A DNA stretch of 63,812 nt, counting the filler, from an uncultured bacterium (GTDB lineage: Bacteria; CAZSTA01): assembly GCA_964609495.1 (NCBI GenBank). It is 3 parts of 3 records of this genome, joined end to end, with 100 filler letters (N's around TTAATTAATTAA, not from the genome) between each part and the next. Parts side by side here need not be neighbours in the genome. Positions count along the whole stretch, not along the records: positions 21,987 to 43,225 come from CAZSTA010000042.1; positions 43,326 to 63,812 come from CAZSTA010000046.1; 1 more part is not named here. One strand, written 5' to 3'. The notes under the pieces are model-generated. The model saw only the letters and a list, made by a program, of their open reading frames with translations. It did no database searches and was not told the origin of the DNA. Each line of letters starts with the position of its first letter. Within the stretch, counting starts at the first letter, position 1. A program made the translations under genes and the position numbers. Positions 39,480 through 51,299 of the stretch are shown here, piece after piece.

Positions 39480-40529
39480 ATGCGATACTATGTTATAGTT
39501 GTTAGGGGATTAGAGGAGATAGCTTTAAGCGAGTTGAGAGAGAAGTTGAGAGAGGTTCACCTAATAGAGAAGAGCAAAGGGATGATATCCTTCACCTATT
39601 CGGGGTCTCCTAGGGAACTGATTAAGCTCAGATCTATCGAGAACATCTTCATCTTCCTGAAAATTATAAAAGGGATGTCCCGAAGTCGTAATTCTTTAGG
39701 GAAGATATATAGGGTTATTAAAGGTATTGATTTAACTCCCGCTTTGTTTATCAAGCGACAGCTTCACCCTAAAAGGCGGAGGAGAAAGCCAACCTTTAGG
39801 ATAACTCCTAATATGGTGGGAAGACATAACTTTCGCCGTGTTGATATCGGAATTGCCGCGGAGAATGCTTTAGAAGATAGATATAGATGGAGGGTGAATC
39901 CTAGTGATCCCGATTTGGAGATAAGGATAGATCTGGAGGGTGAGGAAGCTCTAGTAGGTTTGCGCCTCTCAGATAAGATCATGCGACGCCGCAGGTATAA
40001 AGTCGAGCATATCCCTGCTTCCTTGAAGCCCACGGTAGCTTATTGTATGGTGAGGCTCTCCGAGCCTGCTAGCGGCGATATATTCTTAGATCCGATGTGT
40101 GGAGCAGGGACGATCTTGATCGAGAGGGCTAAGGCAGCTCCTTATGAGCGGATAATTGGAGGCGACATAGATAGAGAAGTATTAACTATTGCTGAGGAGA
40201 ATATCATCGCTAGCGGAGAGGATATAGAATTGAGAAGATGGGATGCAAATGCTCTGCCTTTAGATGATCTGGCTATAGATAAATTAGTTTGCAATCTGCC
40301 CTTTGGAAAGCAAATAAGTTCTCTCGAAGACAATAGGAAACTTTATACTGGTTTCTTCGCGGAGATGGAGCGGATACTAAAGCCTAAAGCTAAAGTTGTT
40401 CTCTTAACCTCGGAGGAGAGATTAGTTGATAGACTTATAAGTAAAAGTGAGAGGCTCAAGAGACTGAGGAAGTTTCCCATAGAACTTCTGGGATTGAGAC
40501 CTTATGTATATGTGCTTGAGAGGTCCTAG
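39480..40529 (+). CDS. THUMP-domain SAM-dependent RNA methyltransferase
   Basis: GLEEIA, ASLKPTVA, LDPMCGAGTILIE, GGDID, CNLPFG. Confidence 0.88.
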   Translation: MRYYVIVVRGLEEIALSELREKLREVHLIEKSKGMISFTYSGSPRELIKLRSIENIFIFLKIIKGMSRSRNSLGKIYRVIKGIDLTPALFIKRQLHPKRRRRKPTFRITPNMVGRHNFRRVDIGIAAENALEDRYRWRVNPSDPDLEIRIDLEGEEALVGLRLSDKIMRRRRYKVEHIPASLKPTVAYCMVRLSEPASGDIFLDPMCGAGTILIERAKAAPYERIIGGDIDREVLTIAEENIIASGEDIELRRWDANALPLDDLAIDKLVCNLPFGKQISSLEDNRKLYTGFFAEMERILKPKAKVVLLTSEERLVDRLISKSERLKRLRKFPIELLGLRPYVYVLERS

Positions 40530-40555
40530 TAAATGGAAAGAGAAAGGAGATAGTT

Positions 40556-42088
40556 ATGCCCCAAGTAATTATCAATATGTATGATCCCGAAGGAGATCCC
40601 TTGAAGGATATAAAGTTGGATTCGATGTACACATCTTATTTAGATTATACACCTTTCCCTAGCAAATTCAAAAAAGTCTCTCCAGGGAAGGTGATCTGTG
40701 AGGTTAGTACCGAGAGTCCTTTCTCTATAAATCTGTTGTGGGAAGCTCAGGGGTTCGGGGAGGTAATTCTTAAAGCTGATAATGCCGGTCAAGGTTTCAG
40801 AGCATCACCAGGAGATATTCCCTTAACAATTGAGCTGAACTACGAATTGGCTAGAAGTAGAGGTTTCGATCTCATTCGCCGATATCGAAACTACATTGAG
40901 GATAATTGTGGGTTCTCGGAAGAGATAACTAACCTCAAGGAGAAAGCGGAGGTAGCTCTCAATAAAACTAGCCAGCTGTTTAAGGATGGCGATAAAGAGT
41001 GGATCAAAATGGCTGGTGAGACTTTGCGATTGTCCCTTTGGACAAGTGAAAAGTTGGATATCGAGCGAGCTAAAGCGAATATAACTCGTCAGGGGAGAAG
41101 ACCAGGTTTTCTATTTGGAGCGAATACCTTCGGATATTATAAGGGGGATTCCGCCGCTTATAGGGAGAAATTTGAGGAGTTGTTGAACTTTGGGACCGTT
41201 CCCTTCTATTGGGGGGACTTCGAGCCAGAGGAGGGAAAACCTCGTTGGGAGATGCCAGATAAGATCGTGAAGTGGCTTTTATCGAAAGGGATTAAGGCTA
41301 AAGGACATCCGCTTCTTTGGTTCTTCGAGGATACGACTCCTAAGTGGCAATTGGATAAAGATTTCACCTCTCTTAAGAGGATCGTATATAAACACGTTTA
41401 TGATATCGTGGATAGGTATAAGGGTTCGATCGATATATGGGATGTTATTAACGAGCCTCATAGCTGGGCTAACTGTCTCAACTTCGAGCATAGCCAGATG
41501 ATCGAGATAATAAGGATGGGGATGGATGCAGCTAAGGATGCGAATCCAGAGGCCATTCGCTTAGTGAATAATTGTATATTGTGGGGTGAATATGTTGCCC
41601 AGCGTCGCACTCACCAGGGATCAACGGAGAGGCAAGATTTAGCCACTCCTTATCGCTTCTTGAAGATGTTAGAGGAAGCTGGGATTGAATACGAAGTCAT
41701 AGGGTTACAACTATACTATCCCTCTCGAGATATGGCGCAAATATCGGATCTTCTCGATCGCTTCGCCCAATTCGGCAAACCGATCCATATAACGGAATTG
41801 GGAGTCCCGTCCGAGTGGAAACACGATCCCCATAGCTGGTTTGAAGGAGAGGATAATGTCAAGCGGATGGGATATTGGCATAAGCCGTGGGATGAGGAGA
41901 CTCAAGCCGATTGGGTAGAGCAATTCTATACGATATGCTTCAGTAAGCCCTATATCGAGGCTGTGACTTGGTGGGATTTAGCTGACTATGATGGTCATTT
42001 CTTCCCTCACGGTGGATTTTTAAGGAAGGACATATCAGAAAAGCTGTCCTATAAACGGCTAAAGAACTTGATCGATTCTTGGAGTTAA
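40556..42088 (+). CDS. GH10-like glycoside hydrolase
   Basis: KGHPLLW, WDVINEP (acid/base), IHITELG (nucleophile), VTWWD; no obvious signal peptide. Confidence 0.8.
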   Translation: MPQVIINMYDPEGDPLKDIKLDSMYTSYLDYTPFPSKFKKVSPGKVICEVSTESPFSINLLWEAQGFGEVILKADNAGQGFRASPGDIPLTIELNYELARSRGFDLIRRYRNYIEDNCGFSEEITNLKEKAEVALNKTSQLFKDGDKEWIKMAGETLRLSLWTSEKLDIERAKANITRQGRRPGFLFGANTFGYYKGDSAAYREKFEELLNFGTVPFYWGDFEPEEGKPRWEMPDKIVKWLLSKGIKAKGHPLLWFFEDTTPKWQLDKDFTSLKRIVYKHVYDIVDRYKGSIDIWDVINEPHSWANCLNFEHSQMIEIIRMGMDAAKDANPEAIRLVNNCILWGEYVAQRRTHQGSTERQDLATPYRFLKMLEEAGIEYEVIGLQLYYPSRDMAQISDLLDRFAQFGKPIHITELGVPSEWKHDPHSWFEGEDNVKRMGYWHKPWDEETQADWVEQFYTICFSKPYIEAVTWWDLADYDGHFFPHGGFLRKDISEKLSYKRLKNLIDSWS

Positions 42089-42243
42089 GTTCGAGATGTA
42101 ATTCCCCCCTCACCCTATCCCTCTCCCACCAGGGGAGAGGGAACGTGATTAAGCATCTCTCCTGATGATTCTTCCCTCTCCCTTGACAGGAGGTAGGGGG
42201 GCGATTTAATTAGTTCAAGACCTAATTTTGAAGCTATTTAATA
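42088..42243. repeat. Family C repeat cluster between convergent genes
   Basis: CCCCCTCACCCTATCCCTCTCCCACCAGGGGAGAGGG, CCCTCTCCCTTGACAGGAGG, TTTTGAAGCTATTTAAT. Confidence 0.8.
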
Positions 42244-42252
42244 AGCGAGATA

Positions 42253-43116
42253 TTAAGCTTTTCCCGCACATCCCCAGGCTCTCATCTGGGCTCTTATAAA
42301 TTCCTTTATCCGCTTTCTACCCTCAGGTAGTATATGCAGGGGATAAACATCGCCTGGATTACTCTTGATATAATCTCTAATCCCATTGCGAAACTCTAAC
42401 CTCAAGGAAGTGGCGATATTGATCTTCCTTATCCCCAAGCTTATAGCTTCTATCAGGTCAGCTTCGGGAACTCCAGAGGAGCCATGAAGGACAAGGGGGA
42501 TATCGATCTTCTCATCTAGTTCCTGGAGTAGCTCGAATTTCAGTTTAGGTTCTTCCTTATAGAATCCGTGAACAGTGCCTATAGCCACGGCTAAAGAATC
42601 GATCCCTGTTTCTCGAACAAAGCGGACTGCTTCCTCGGGATCGGTGAAGTTGGATATCTCGCCCTTATCTGAGATGGTGAACTCCACTCCTGTTATATGC
42701 CCAAGCTCTGCCTCAACTGATACTCCAAGAGCTTGAGCTATAGTTACTACTTTTCTGGTCAAAGCTATGTTCTCATCTAGGGGAAGTGCAGAGGCATCGA
42801 TCATCACCGAGGTAAAACCATATTTGATTGCTTGGACTACATCCCGGAAATTATCGGAATGATCTAGGTGAAGAGCGACAGGGACTGTTGATCTCTTAGC
42901 CATCTCCCTTATCATCCAAGCGGTATATTCCATATCGTTATAACCTCTCATCTCTCCTGCTCCAGCTTGAACTATAACTGGGGATCTCTCCTCCTCGGCG
43001 GTGGAGATGATAGAGAGAATGAAGTCGATATTCCCTCCACAGGTGTCATATCCACCTACTCCATATCCTTTTTCATCAGCATCTTTAAGTATCTCTCTGG
43101 TAGTCACTAAGGGCAT
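42253..43116 (-). CDS. fba: Class II fructose/tagatose-bisphosphate aldolase
   Basis: VALHLDH, GFTSVMIDAS, VEAELGHI, LAVAIGTVHG, PLVLHGSSG, KINIAT. Confidence 0.9.
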   Translation of the reverse strand: MPLVTTREILKDADEKGYGVGGYDTCGGNIDFILSIISTAEEERSPVIVQAGAGEMRGYNDMEYTAWMIREMAKRSTVPVALHLDHSDNFRDVVQAIKYGFTSVMIDASALPLDENIALTRKVVTIAQALGVSVEAELGHITGVEFTISDKGEISNFTDPEEAVRFVRETGIDSLAVAIGTVHGFYKEEPKLKFELLQELDEKIDIPLVLHGSSGVPEADLIEAISLGIRKINIATSLRLEFRNGIRDYIKSNPGDVYPLHILPEGRKRIKEFIRAQMRAWGCAGKA

Positions 43117-43139
43117 ATTAATTCTCCTTTATCATTATG

Positions 43140-43225
43140 ATATTAAGTAGTTTCAAATATTCGCTAGTGGGTTCAAGATATAAATTCCCCCCTCACCCTA
43201 GCCCTCTCCCACGAGGGGAGAGGGA
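43140..43225. repeat. Family C repeat at a contig edge
   Basis: TTAAGTAGTTTCAAA, TTCGCTAGTGGGTTCAAGAT, CCCCTCACCCTAGCCCTCTCCCACGAGGGGAGAGGG. Confidence 0.8.
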
Positions 43226-43325
43226 NNNNNNNNNNNNNNNNNNNNNNNNNNNNNNNNNNNNNNNNNNNNTTAATTAATTAANNNNNNNNNNNNNNNNNNN
43301 NNNNNNNNNNNNNNNNNNNNNNNNN
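43226..43325. other. Artificial contig spacer
   Basis: 100-nt N block containing TTAATTAATTAA. Confidence 0.9.
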
Positions 43326-43326
43326 A

Positions 43327-43461
43327 GATAATTCTCCTACGGCTATTGAGATTGCTCAGAAAAGATTGAATACAATAAAAAATTGCTCAGCGTTTGCCCT
43401 TTATGAAATTGCAGAGGTGGAGGAGAATGAGTGGGTGGGTGATTCGTATTCACTTATTTAG
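43327..43461 (+). CDS. 3' end of a probable site-specific DNA methyltransferase (partial)
   Basis: DNSPTAIEIAQKRL resembles the D.S..A...A.KRL tail of N6/N4 methyltransferases; truncated by the contig edge. Confidence 0.4.
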   Translation, partial: DNSPTAIEIAQKRLNTIKNCSAFALYEIAEVEENEWVGDSYSLI

Positions 43462-43525
43462 ATGCAGATATAGCGGGTGATACCGGGCAAATGATATCTT
43501 AGTATAAAACGAAAGAGTAAGAGTT

Positions 43526-44941
43526 ATGAATGGTTATGATGTTATAATCGTGGGGGCAGGGCCCTCCGGGATATTCACTGCCCTGGAATTAGTTAAAAAG
43601 GATAGCGGATTAAATATATTAATTCTGGAGAAGGGAAAGGATATCGAAAGGAGATCTTGTCCCTCTCGCGAGAGAAATATTAAGTGTATTCATTGTAATC
43701 CCTGTTCAGTATTGTGTGGTTGGGGAGGCTCAGGAGCCTTCTCCGATGGGAAGTTGACTCTTACTCTCTCCTCCGAGGTAGGGGGACAACTTAGCCATTA
43801 TATCGAGAATAATTCCTCCTTCGATGGTCGCAATGGGAATGATGATCTCGATTCTCTGCTTCATTATACCGATCAGATCTTCTTGGATTTCGGAGCACCT
43901 ACCAAAGTTTATGGGATCGATTCAGATGAGATCAATAATCTCCAGCGCAAAGCTTCCCTAGCGGAGTTGAGATATATCCCGGTGCCAATAAGACATTTGG
44001 GAACGGAGAGATGTTCCGAGATCCTCCAGCGGATGAAAAATTTCCTGGAAGGAAAAGTTGAGATCAGAACTGAGGTAGAAGTTGACAGGATACTAACCGA
44101 GAATTCCCTGGTTACGGGAGTTCATACTAAAAGTGGCGAGGAGATCAAGGGGACCTATGTGGTAGTGGCTCCAGGGAGGGAAGGGGCAGGTTGGCTCTCG
44201 AAGGAGGCTAAGAGATTAGGGCTAGAGCTAACTCGCAATCCAGTCGATGTTGGAGTGCGGGTAGAATTGCCTGCGGTGGTCTTTGAACCTTTAACCGAGA
44301 TCGCTTATGAACCCAAGTTAATTTATTATTCGAAGAGCTTTGATGATAAAGTTCGTATCTTCTGCGTCTGTCCTTATGGAGAGGTCGTAACTGAGAGGAT
44401 TGAAGACATATTAACCGTTAACGGGCATAGCTATGCTAACAGAAGGACCCAGAATACTAACTTCGCTATATTGGTAAGTAAGACCTTTACCGAGCCATTT
44501 AAGGAACCGATCGCTTATGGCAGGTATATAGCGCGCCTTGCGAATTTGCTAGGGGATGGGGTGATAGTTCAGAGATTAGGGGATCTGGAGGCGGGAAGGC
44601 GCACGAATGAAGAGCGTCTCGCGAAGGGGATGGTCATCCCTACCCTAAAGGAAGCTACCCCAGGAGATCTGGGATTAGTGCTTCCCTATCGGCATCTTAC
44701 GAATATAAGAGAGATGCTATCAGCCCTTGATAAGTTGGCGGAAGGGGTATGCTCTCGTCATACCTTACTTTACGGAGTGGAGGTTAAATTTTACTCCTCG
44801 AAGTTAAAGCTCTCCGAGTGTTTAGAGACCCAGATAACGAACTTATTCGCGACTGGTGATGGGGCTGGAGTGACCAGAGGACTTATGCAATCTTCAGCCT
44901 CTGGTATAGTAGTAGCTAGGGAGATATTGTCCAGAACTTAA
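43526..44941 (+). CDS. FAD-dependent oxidoreductase (uncharacterised family)
   Basis: DVIIVGAGPSG, GWGGSGAFSDGKL, VDVGVRVE, TVNGHS, LYGVEVKFYS, GDGAGVTRGL. Confidence 0.88.
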   Translation: MNGYDVIIVGAGPSGIFTALELVKKDSGLNILILEKGKDIERRSCPSRERNIKCIHCNPCSVLCGWGGSGAFSDGKLTLTLSSEVGGQLSHYIENNSSFDGRNGNDDLDSLLHYTDQIFLDFGAPTKVYGIDSDEINNLQRKASLAELRYIPVPIRHLGTERCSEILQRMKNFLEGKVEIRTEVEVDRILTENSLVTGVHTKSGEEIKGTYVVVAPGREGAGWLSKEAKRLGLELTRNPVDVGVRVELPAVVFEPLTEIAYEPKLIYYSKSFDDKVRIFCVCPYGEVVTERIEDILTVNGHSYANRRTQNTNFAILVSKTFTEPFKEPIAYGRYIARLANLLGDGVIVQRLGDLEAGRRTNEERLAKGMVIPTLKEATPGDLGLVLPYRHLTNIREMLSALDKLAEGVCSRHTLLYGVEVKFYSSKLKLSECLETQITNLFATGDGAGVTRGLMQSSASGIVVAREILSRT

Positions 44942-44944
44942 CAC

Positions 44945-44973
44945 TTGATAAAAATGAAGATTTGTGATACAAT
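44945..44973 (+). promoter_or_regulatory. sigma70 promoter upstream of the omegaRNA-like sequence
   Basis: TTGATA-17nt-TACAAT with extended -10 TG. Confidence 0.7.
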
Positions 44974-45004
44974 GTATATAAGCGACATAAAATCGCTAAA
45001 ATTG

Positions 45005-45120
45005 AGAATCACCTGTGGGACGCGGGGAAGAGCCTGTGGAGATGCCTCAATAGAGGATCGATGCCACAGGAAGCCTTGCCAAAAGGCTTGGGTAGTTCAC
45101 TTCGCAATAGCGTCGGGATA
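45005..45120 (+). ncRNA. Stand-alone TnpB-type omegaRNA (IS200/IS605 right-end RNA) with candidate 3' guide
   Basis: ACCTGTGGGACGCGGGGAAGAGCCTGTGGAGA...CAGGAAGCC..GGCTTGGGTAGTTCAC scaffold ending at 45100; no tnpB ORF upstream. Confidence 0.65.
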
Positions 45121-45138
45121 AGATCCGACGCTTATTTA
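45109..45138 (+). terminator. Hairpin terminator after the omegaRNA scaffold
   Basis: AGCGTCGG-GATAAGAT-CCGACGCT-TATTT. Confidence 0.6.
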
Positions 45139-45165
45139 TCTATAATAGCTATTCGAGGTTTAAAG

Positions 45166-46083
45166 ATGAAAGAGAGGGGATATCAGAAGTTATATCGCAG
45201 TGGAGAGCTTGAAGAGCGAGTTAAAGAGGCTTATGAGCTACTTTCCCCTTGTCGAGTATGTCCTCGTAATTGTCGAGTTGACCGAAAGCAAGGGGAGAAA
45301 GGAGTATGTCAAGCAGGTTTTGAGCTTGAAGTCGCCAGCTTCGGAGCCCACTTCGGAGAGGAGCGTCCTCTAGTGGGAAGATCTGGATCAGGCACTATCT
45401 TCTTCTCTCATTGCAATCTGAGATGTATTTTTTGTCAGAACTATGATATAAGTCAAATATATAATGGGGAAAAGATATCGGTTGACGAATTAGCCTTGAT
45501 TATGCTAGAATTACAGCGGAGAGGATGTCACAATATCAATTTCGTATCTCCCACCCACTATGGACCTCAGATTTTGGGAGGGATACTTGAAGCGGCTCGG
45601 CGGGGTTTGAATATCCCCTTGGTCTATAACACTGGTGGTTATGATTCTCTTAAGATGCTAAAGCTCCTAGATGGAGTTATAGATATATATATGCCCGATG
45701 CTAAGTATGCGAGTGAGGATACCGCTGAGAGACTATCTGGGGCTGGGGATTATCCCCAAGTGGTTAAAGCCGCTTTGAAGGAGATGCATCGGCAGGTGGG
45801 AGATTTAGAGATATCAGATCGGGGGGTCGCCGAGAAAGGACTATTAGTCCGCCACCTGGTCCTTCCCAATGGTTTGGCTGGAACCAGAGAGATCATGCGC
45901 TTTATCGCTCAGAAGCTCTCACCGAACACCTATGTTAATGTGATGAGCCAATATCGACCGATGTTCAAGGCGAGACGGTATCCTGAGATAAATCGGTCTA
46001 TAACCAGGGAGGAGTTCCAGGAGGCAATGAGGTTGGCGGAGGAAGAGGGGATTAAGAGGTTGGATGAGAGAAGAAGATGGTAG
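45166..46083 (+). CDS. Radical SAM protein (PflX-like)
   Basis: CRVCPRNC, HFGEE, GSGTIFF, CNLRCIFCQN, DIYMPDAKY, VRHLVLP; start moved to ATG 45166. Confidence 0.9.
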   Translation: MKERGYQKLYRSGELEERVKEAYELLSPCRVCPRNCRVDRKQGEKGVCQAGFELEVASFGAHFGEERPLVGRSGSGTIFFSHCNLRCIFCQNYDISQIYNGEKISVDELALIMLELQRRGCHNINFVSPTHYGPQILGGILEAARRGLNIPLVYNTGGYDSLKMLKLLDGVIDIYMPDAKYASEDTAERLSGAGDYPQVVKAALKEMHRQVGDLEISDRGVAEKGLLVRHLVLPNGLAGTREIMRFIAQKLSPNTYVNVMSQYRPMFKARRYPEINRSITREEFQEAMRLAEEEGIKRLDERRRW

Positions 46084-46240
46084 TAGAATAAGGAGTAATT
46101 ATCCGTCTTTTAGAGAATTGATGAGATCAGAGAGAGGAATAAAGATATTTCTTTAGAGGAAATAGAAGCTCTTGTTGATGAGGCTGTAAAGACTGTACGC
46201 GAGGGAGATTATTCTTATTAAATCAAAAGGGGGGAATTTT

Positions 46241-48476
<2,236 letters not shown>

Positions 48477-48484
48477 ATCGGATT

Positions 48485-49309
48485 TTACTTCTGACAGTTG
48501 GGACAGAAGAAAGAGCTTCTTCCTCCTATGATAGCATGCTTTATCGTCCCTTGGCACTTGTAGCAAGGCTTTCCGCTTCGACCATAGACTTTGAGGTAGT
48601 TCTGAAATTTTCCCTCTTCGCCATCTGCATCCACGTAATTCGCTATAGTGGTCCCACGGTGCTTAATCCCCTCGGCTAAGGTCTCCCTGATAGCCTTGAA
48701 GAGCTCCTCGATCTCCCCTTCTGATAGAGAATTAGCTTTCCTATCGGGGAGAATTCTTGCTCTGAAGAGGATCTCGTTTGCATATATATTTCCTATTCCA
48801 GCGATGAAGCTCTGATTTAGGAGCAAGGGTTTGATCTGCCCTTTGCGTTTGTTGAGCAACTTCTTGAACCTCTCTAAGGTGAAATCATCCTCAAGAGGTT
48901 CGGGGCCCAGGTTGGATAATCCTGATATCACTGGGTCTTCCAAAGAGGAGACTAGATATAGCCGGGCGAATTGGCGAGCATCGTTTAAGCGCAGTTGAGA
49001 GCCATCCGTAAAGTGAAAGATCAGATAAGTGTGCTTCTCTCGGGGGACGTCCTTCTCTAGGCAGACTAATTGTCCAGTCATCTTTAGATGAGCGATCAAT
49101 TTCTTATCGGAATCTAAGGAGATGATCAGATATTTACCTCGCCTTCTCACCTCGGTGAAGAGGCGTTTTTCGAGTGCTGTCGCGAATTGCTCTGGAGAAG
49201 GAAAGCCTATCGAAATCGGATCTAGTATCTCTACCTGGGCGATAGTCTTTCCTACGACCCTCTTTTGTAATCCTCGCTTTATCGTCTCTACTTCCGGCAG
49301 CTCTGGCAT
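48485..49309 (-). CDS. mutM: Formamidopyrimidine-DNA glycosylase
   Basis: MPELPEVET, RRGKY, HLKMTG, GIGNIYANE, C-terminal zinc finger. Confidence 0.97.
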   Translation of the reverse strand: MPELPEVETIKRGLQKRVVGKTIAQVEILDPISIGFPSPEQFATALEKRLFTEVRRRGKYLIISLDSDKKLIAHLKMTGQLVCLEKDVPREKHTYLIFHFTDGSQLRLNDARQFARLYLVSSLEDPVISGLSNLGPEPLEDDFTLERFKKLLNKRKGQIKPLLLNQSFIAGIGNIYANEILFRARILPDRKANSLSEGEIEELFKAIRETLAEGIKHRGTTIANYVDADGEEGKFQNYLKVYGRSGKPCYKCQGTIKHAIIGGRSSFFCPNCQK

Positions 49310-49325
49310 CCTGGCTCTCCTTTAA

Positions 49326-49376
49326 TAAGGGAACTTTTTAACCTTGAGCTTTATTTGAAGTAAAAGTTTCCTTTTA
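49326..49376. repeat. Family B palindrome overlapping the FHA gene stop
   Basis: TAAGGGAACTTTTTAACCTTGAGCTTTATTTGAAGTAAAAGTTTCCTTTTA. Confidence 0.85.
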
Positions 49377-49757
49377 TAGTTCATCATATAATTTATCTTT
49401 ATCAACCCGAAGGGTTCTCCTCAAGGGAGTTTCCTCATCTTCCCGTAGAACTTTCTCTAACATCACTAGCTCAGCCTCACCCTTATCATCTTTCCTCTCG
49501 AATTGGAAGTTCGCGATCCCAAACCCACCTAGAGAGATCACATCGCCATTGCTGAGGAGATGTTCCTTTACTGCTTGGAGATTAACGAAAGTTCCATTAG
49601 AGCTATCCATATCTTTTAGGATGAAGTCATCGCCTTTACGGATTACCTGAGCATGCTTACGGGATACTCTTGGCTCGTTGATCACTATATCATTGTCTTC
49701 GTCCCTTCCTATCGTAAACTTCTCCCTAGTCAAAGGGAATCTATCCCCAAATTTCAT
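49374..49757 (-). CDS. FHA-domain protein
   Basis: IGR, VSRKHA, SSNGTFVN, NGDVI. Confidence 0.92.
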   Translation of the reverse strand: MKFGDRFPLTREKFTIGRDEDNDIVINEPRVSRKHAQVIRKGDDFILKDMDSSNGTFVNLQAVKEHLLSNGDVISLGGFGIANFQFERKDDKGEAELVMLEKVLREDEETPLRRTLRVDKDKLYDEL

Positions 49758-49782
49758 CTCTTAATTCCTCCTCCATAAATTG

Positions 49783-50802
49783 CTATAACATCACAGGTTT
49801 CCCAGTCTCAGCAGATTCCAGAATAGCACAGACGATCTTGGTCACCGCCAAGCCATCCTCACCGGTTACCATTGGTTTTTCATCTTTAATTACACAATCG
49901 GCGAAGTATCTTATACTTTCAGGAGCGAAGCCTTTAGGTTTACCATAAATAGTGGGGCAGATTATAACATCGGGATAACTGGCAGACTCCTGGGTATACT
50001 TTTGGAGCACTCTATGATGACTAGCATCAGCATAGATAACGCCCTTTGTGCCGACTAATTCTAACTTAAAATCGATTATATTGGGTGCGCTTTCCGGTAA
50101 AATCCAATTATTCTCAACAATTGCGGTAGCACCATTTCTGAACTCCAGAGTAGCTTGATAGAAATCGGGGGTATCGATGCCCATCCCCTTCAGAACTTTG
50201 GAGGAAGAAACAGCATAGACTTTTATCACCTCATCGGCGATCAACCATTGAACCAGATCTACCGCATGACTTCCCACGAACCACTCAACCGAGGATTTGC
50301 TCGCCCATTTTATCACCTTGGTGGGAATCATTATAGTATCGCTTAGGCGAGCATAAGCCATCACTGGCTCTCCTAGCTCTCCCTCCTCTATAGCCTTCTT
50401 AGCCTTGAAGAAGGGGGGATTCCAGCGGTTGTGGAAATCCACCATTAATTTCACTCCTTCCGCTTTGACCGCGGATAATATCTTCTCACAATCTTCAACG
50501 GTGGTTGCCATCGGTTTCTCTAATAATATCTGTTTGCCTGCTCTAGCTGCTTCTATCGCTATCTCAGTGTGGGCGAAATCAGGAGTAGCGATGGATACCC
50601 CTTGAATTTCCTCGTTTTCGAGCAATTCTCCGAAATCAGTATAATAGTTCTTAACCCGATAGGTCTCTGCTATCCCTTTAAGTCTCTCTCCATCGGTATC
50701 ACATATAGCTATAAGTTCTGCCCCAGGGTGATCGGAATACACCCTCACGTGCATCTCTCCCCAACCGCCTACGCCTATTACTCCGAAACCCACTTTATTC
50801 AT
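49783..50802 (-). CDS. Gfo/Idh/MocA oxidoreductase
   Basis: GVIGVGGWG, ATPDFAH, LLEKPMA, GSHAVD. Confidence 0.9.
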   Translation of the reverse strand: MNKVGFGVIGVGGWGEMHVRVYSDHPGAELIAICDTDGERLKGIAETYRVKNYYTDFGELLENEEIQGVSIATPDFAHTEIAIEAARAGKQILLEKPMATTVEDCEKILSAVKAEGVKLMVDFHNRWNPPFFKAKKAIEEGELGEPVMAYARLSDTIMIPTKVIKWASKSSVEWFVGSHAVDLVQWLIADEVIKVYAVSSSKVLKGMGIDTPDFYQATLEFRNGATAIVENNWILPESAPNIIDFKLELVGTKGVIYADASHHRVLQKYTQESASYPDVIICPTIYGKPKGFAPESIRYFADCVIKDEKPMVTGEDGLAVTKIVCAILESAETGKPVML

Positions 50803-51011
50803 CTACGATGCCTCCTTNNNNNNNNNNNNNNNNNNNNNNNNNNNNNNNNNNNNNNNNNNNNNNNNNNNNNNNNNNNNNNNNNNNNNNNNNNNNNNNNNNN
50901 NNNNNNNNNNNNNNNNNAACCGCCTACGCCTATTACTCCGAAACCCACTTTATTCATCTACGATGCCTCCTTTTTAGTTATAATCTGGGATAAAAAATCT
51001 ACTTATTATTA

Positions 51012-51299
51012 TCATTTATATATATCGCCTCGACTATCTACCTCTAATATATCTATTGATTTACTTTTTTGATTAACACGATATATAATTCTAATGTCGC
51101 CAATTCGATAGCGATATCTCCCTTTATGTTTCCCCTTCAGACGTTTAATTATCCGAGGATTAGGGTGATAAAAAGGCGAGATATTACAGATATGATCGAA
51201 GGCTTCAGCAATTCTTCTCTGGGTTTTCCGATCTCTACTCTCAATAAACTTCCTTGCGAATGATGATATTCTCTCTATTGTATAGACACTTTCCCTCAT
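51012..51299 (-). CDS. RelE/ParE-family toxin
   Basis: IKRLKG...YRYRIGDIRIIY...SRGDIYK. Confidence 0.88.
   Translation of the reverse strand: MRESVYTIERISSFARKFIESRDRKTQRRIAEAFDHICNISPFYHPNPRIIKRLKGKHKGRYRYRIGDIRIIYRVNQKSKSIDILEVDSRGDIYK

Noticed and set aside
45101-45112. Guide similarity to the family C module TTCGCTA
   Set aside because: Only 5 nt match, which is expected by chance
44980-45140. 6S RNA or SAM riboswitch interpretation
   Set aside because: No end-to-end 6S rod or SAM-I core motifs; the GAAGCC..GGTAGTTCAC end fits an IS605 right-end RNA better
45061-45165. N-terminal 35-aa extension of the radical SAM ORF
   Set aside because: It runs through the RNA scaffold and terminator; ATG 45166 has a GAGGT SD and fits the family better
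50763-50972. 55-bp exact direct repeat flanking an N gap
   Set aside because: It is overlapping contig ends across a scaffold gap, an assembly artefact rather than an att site or duplication
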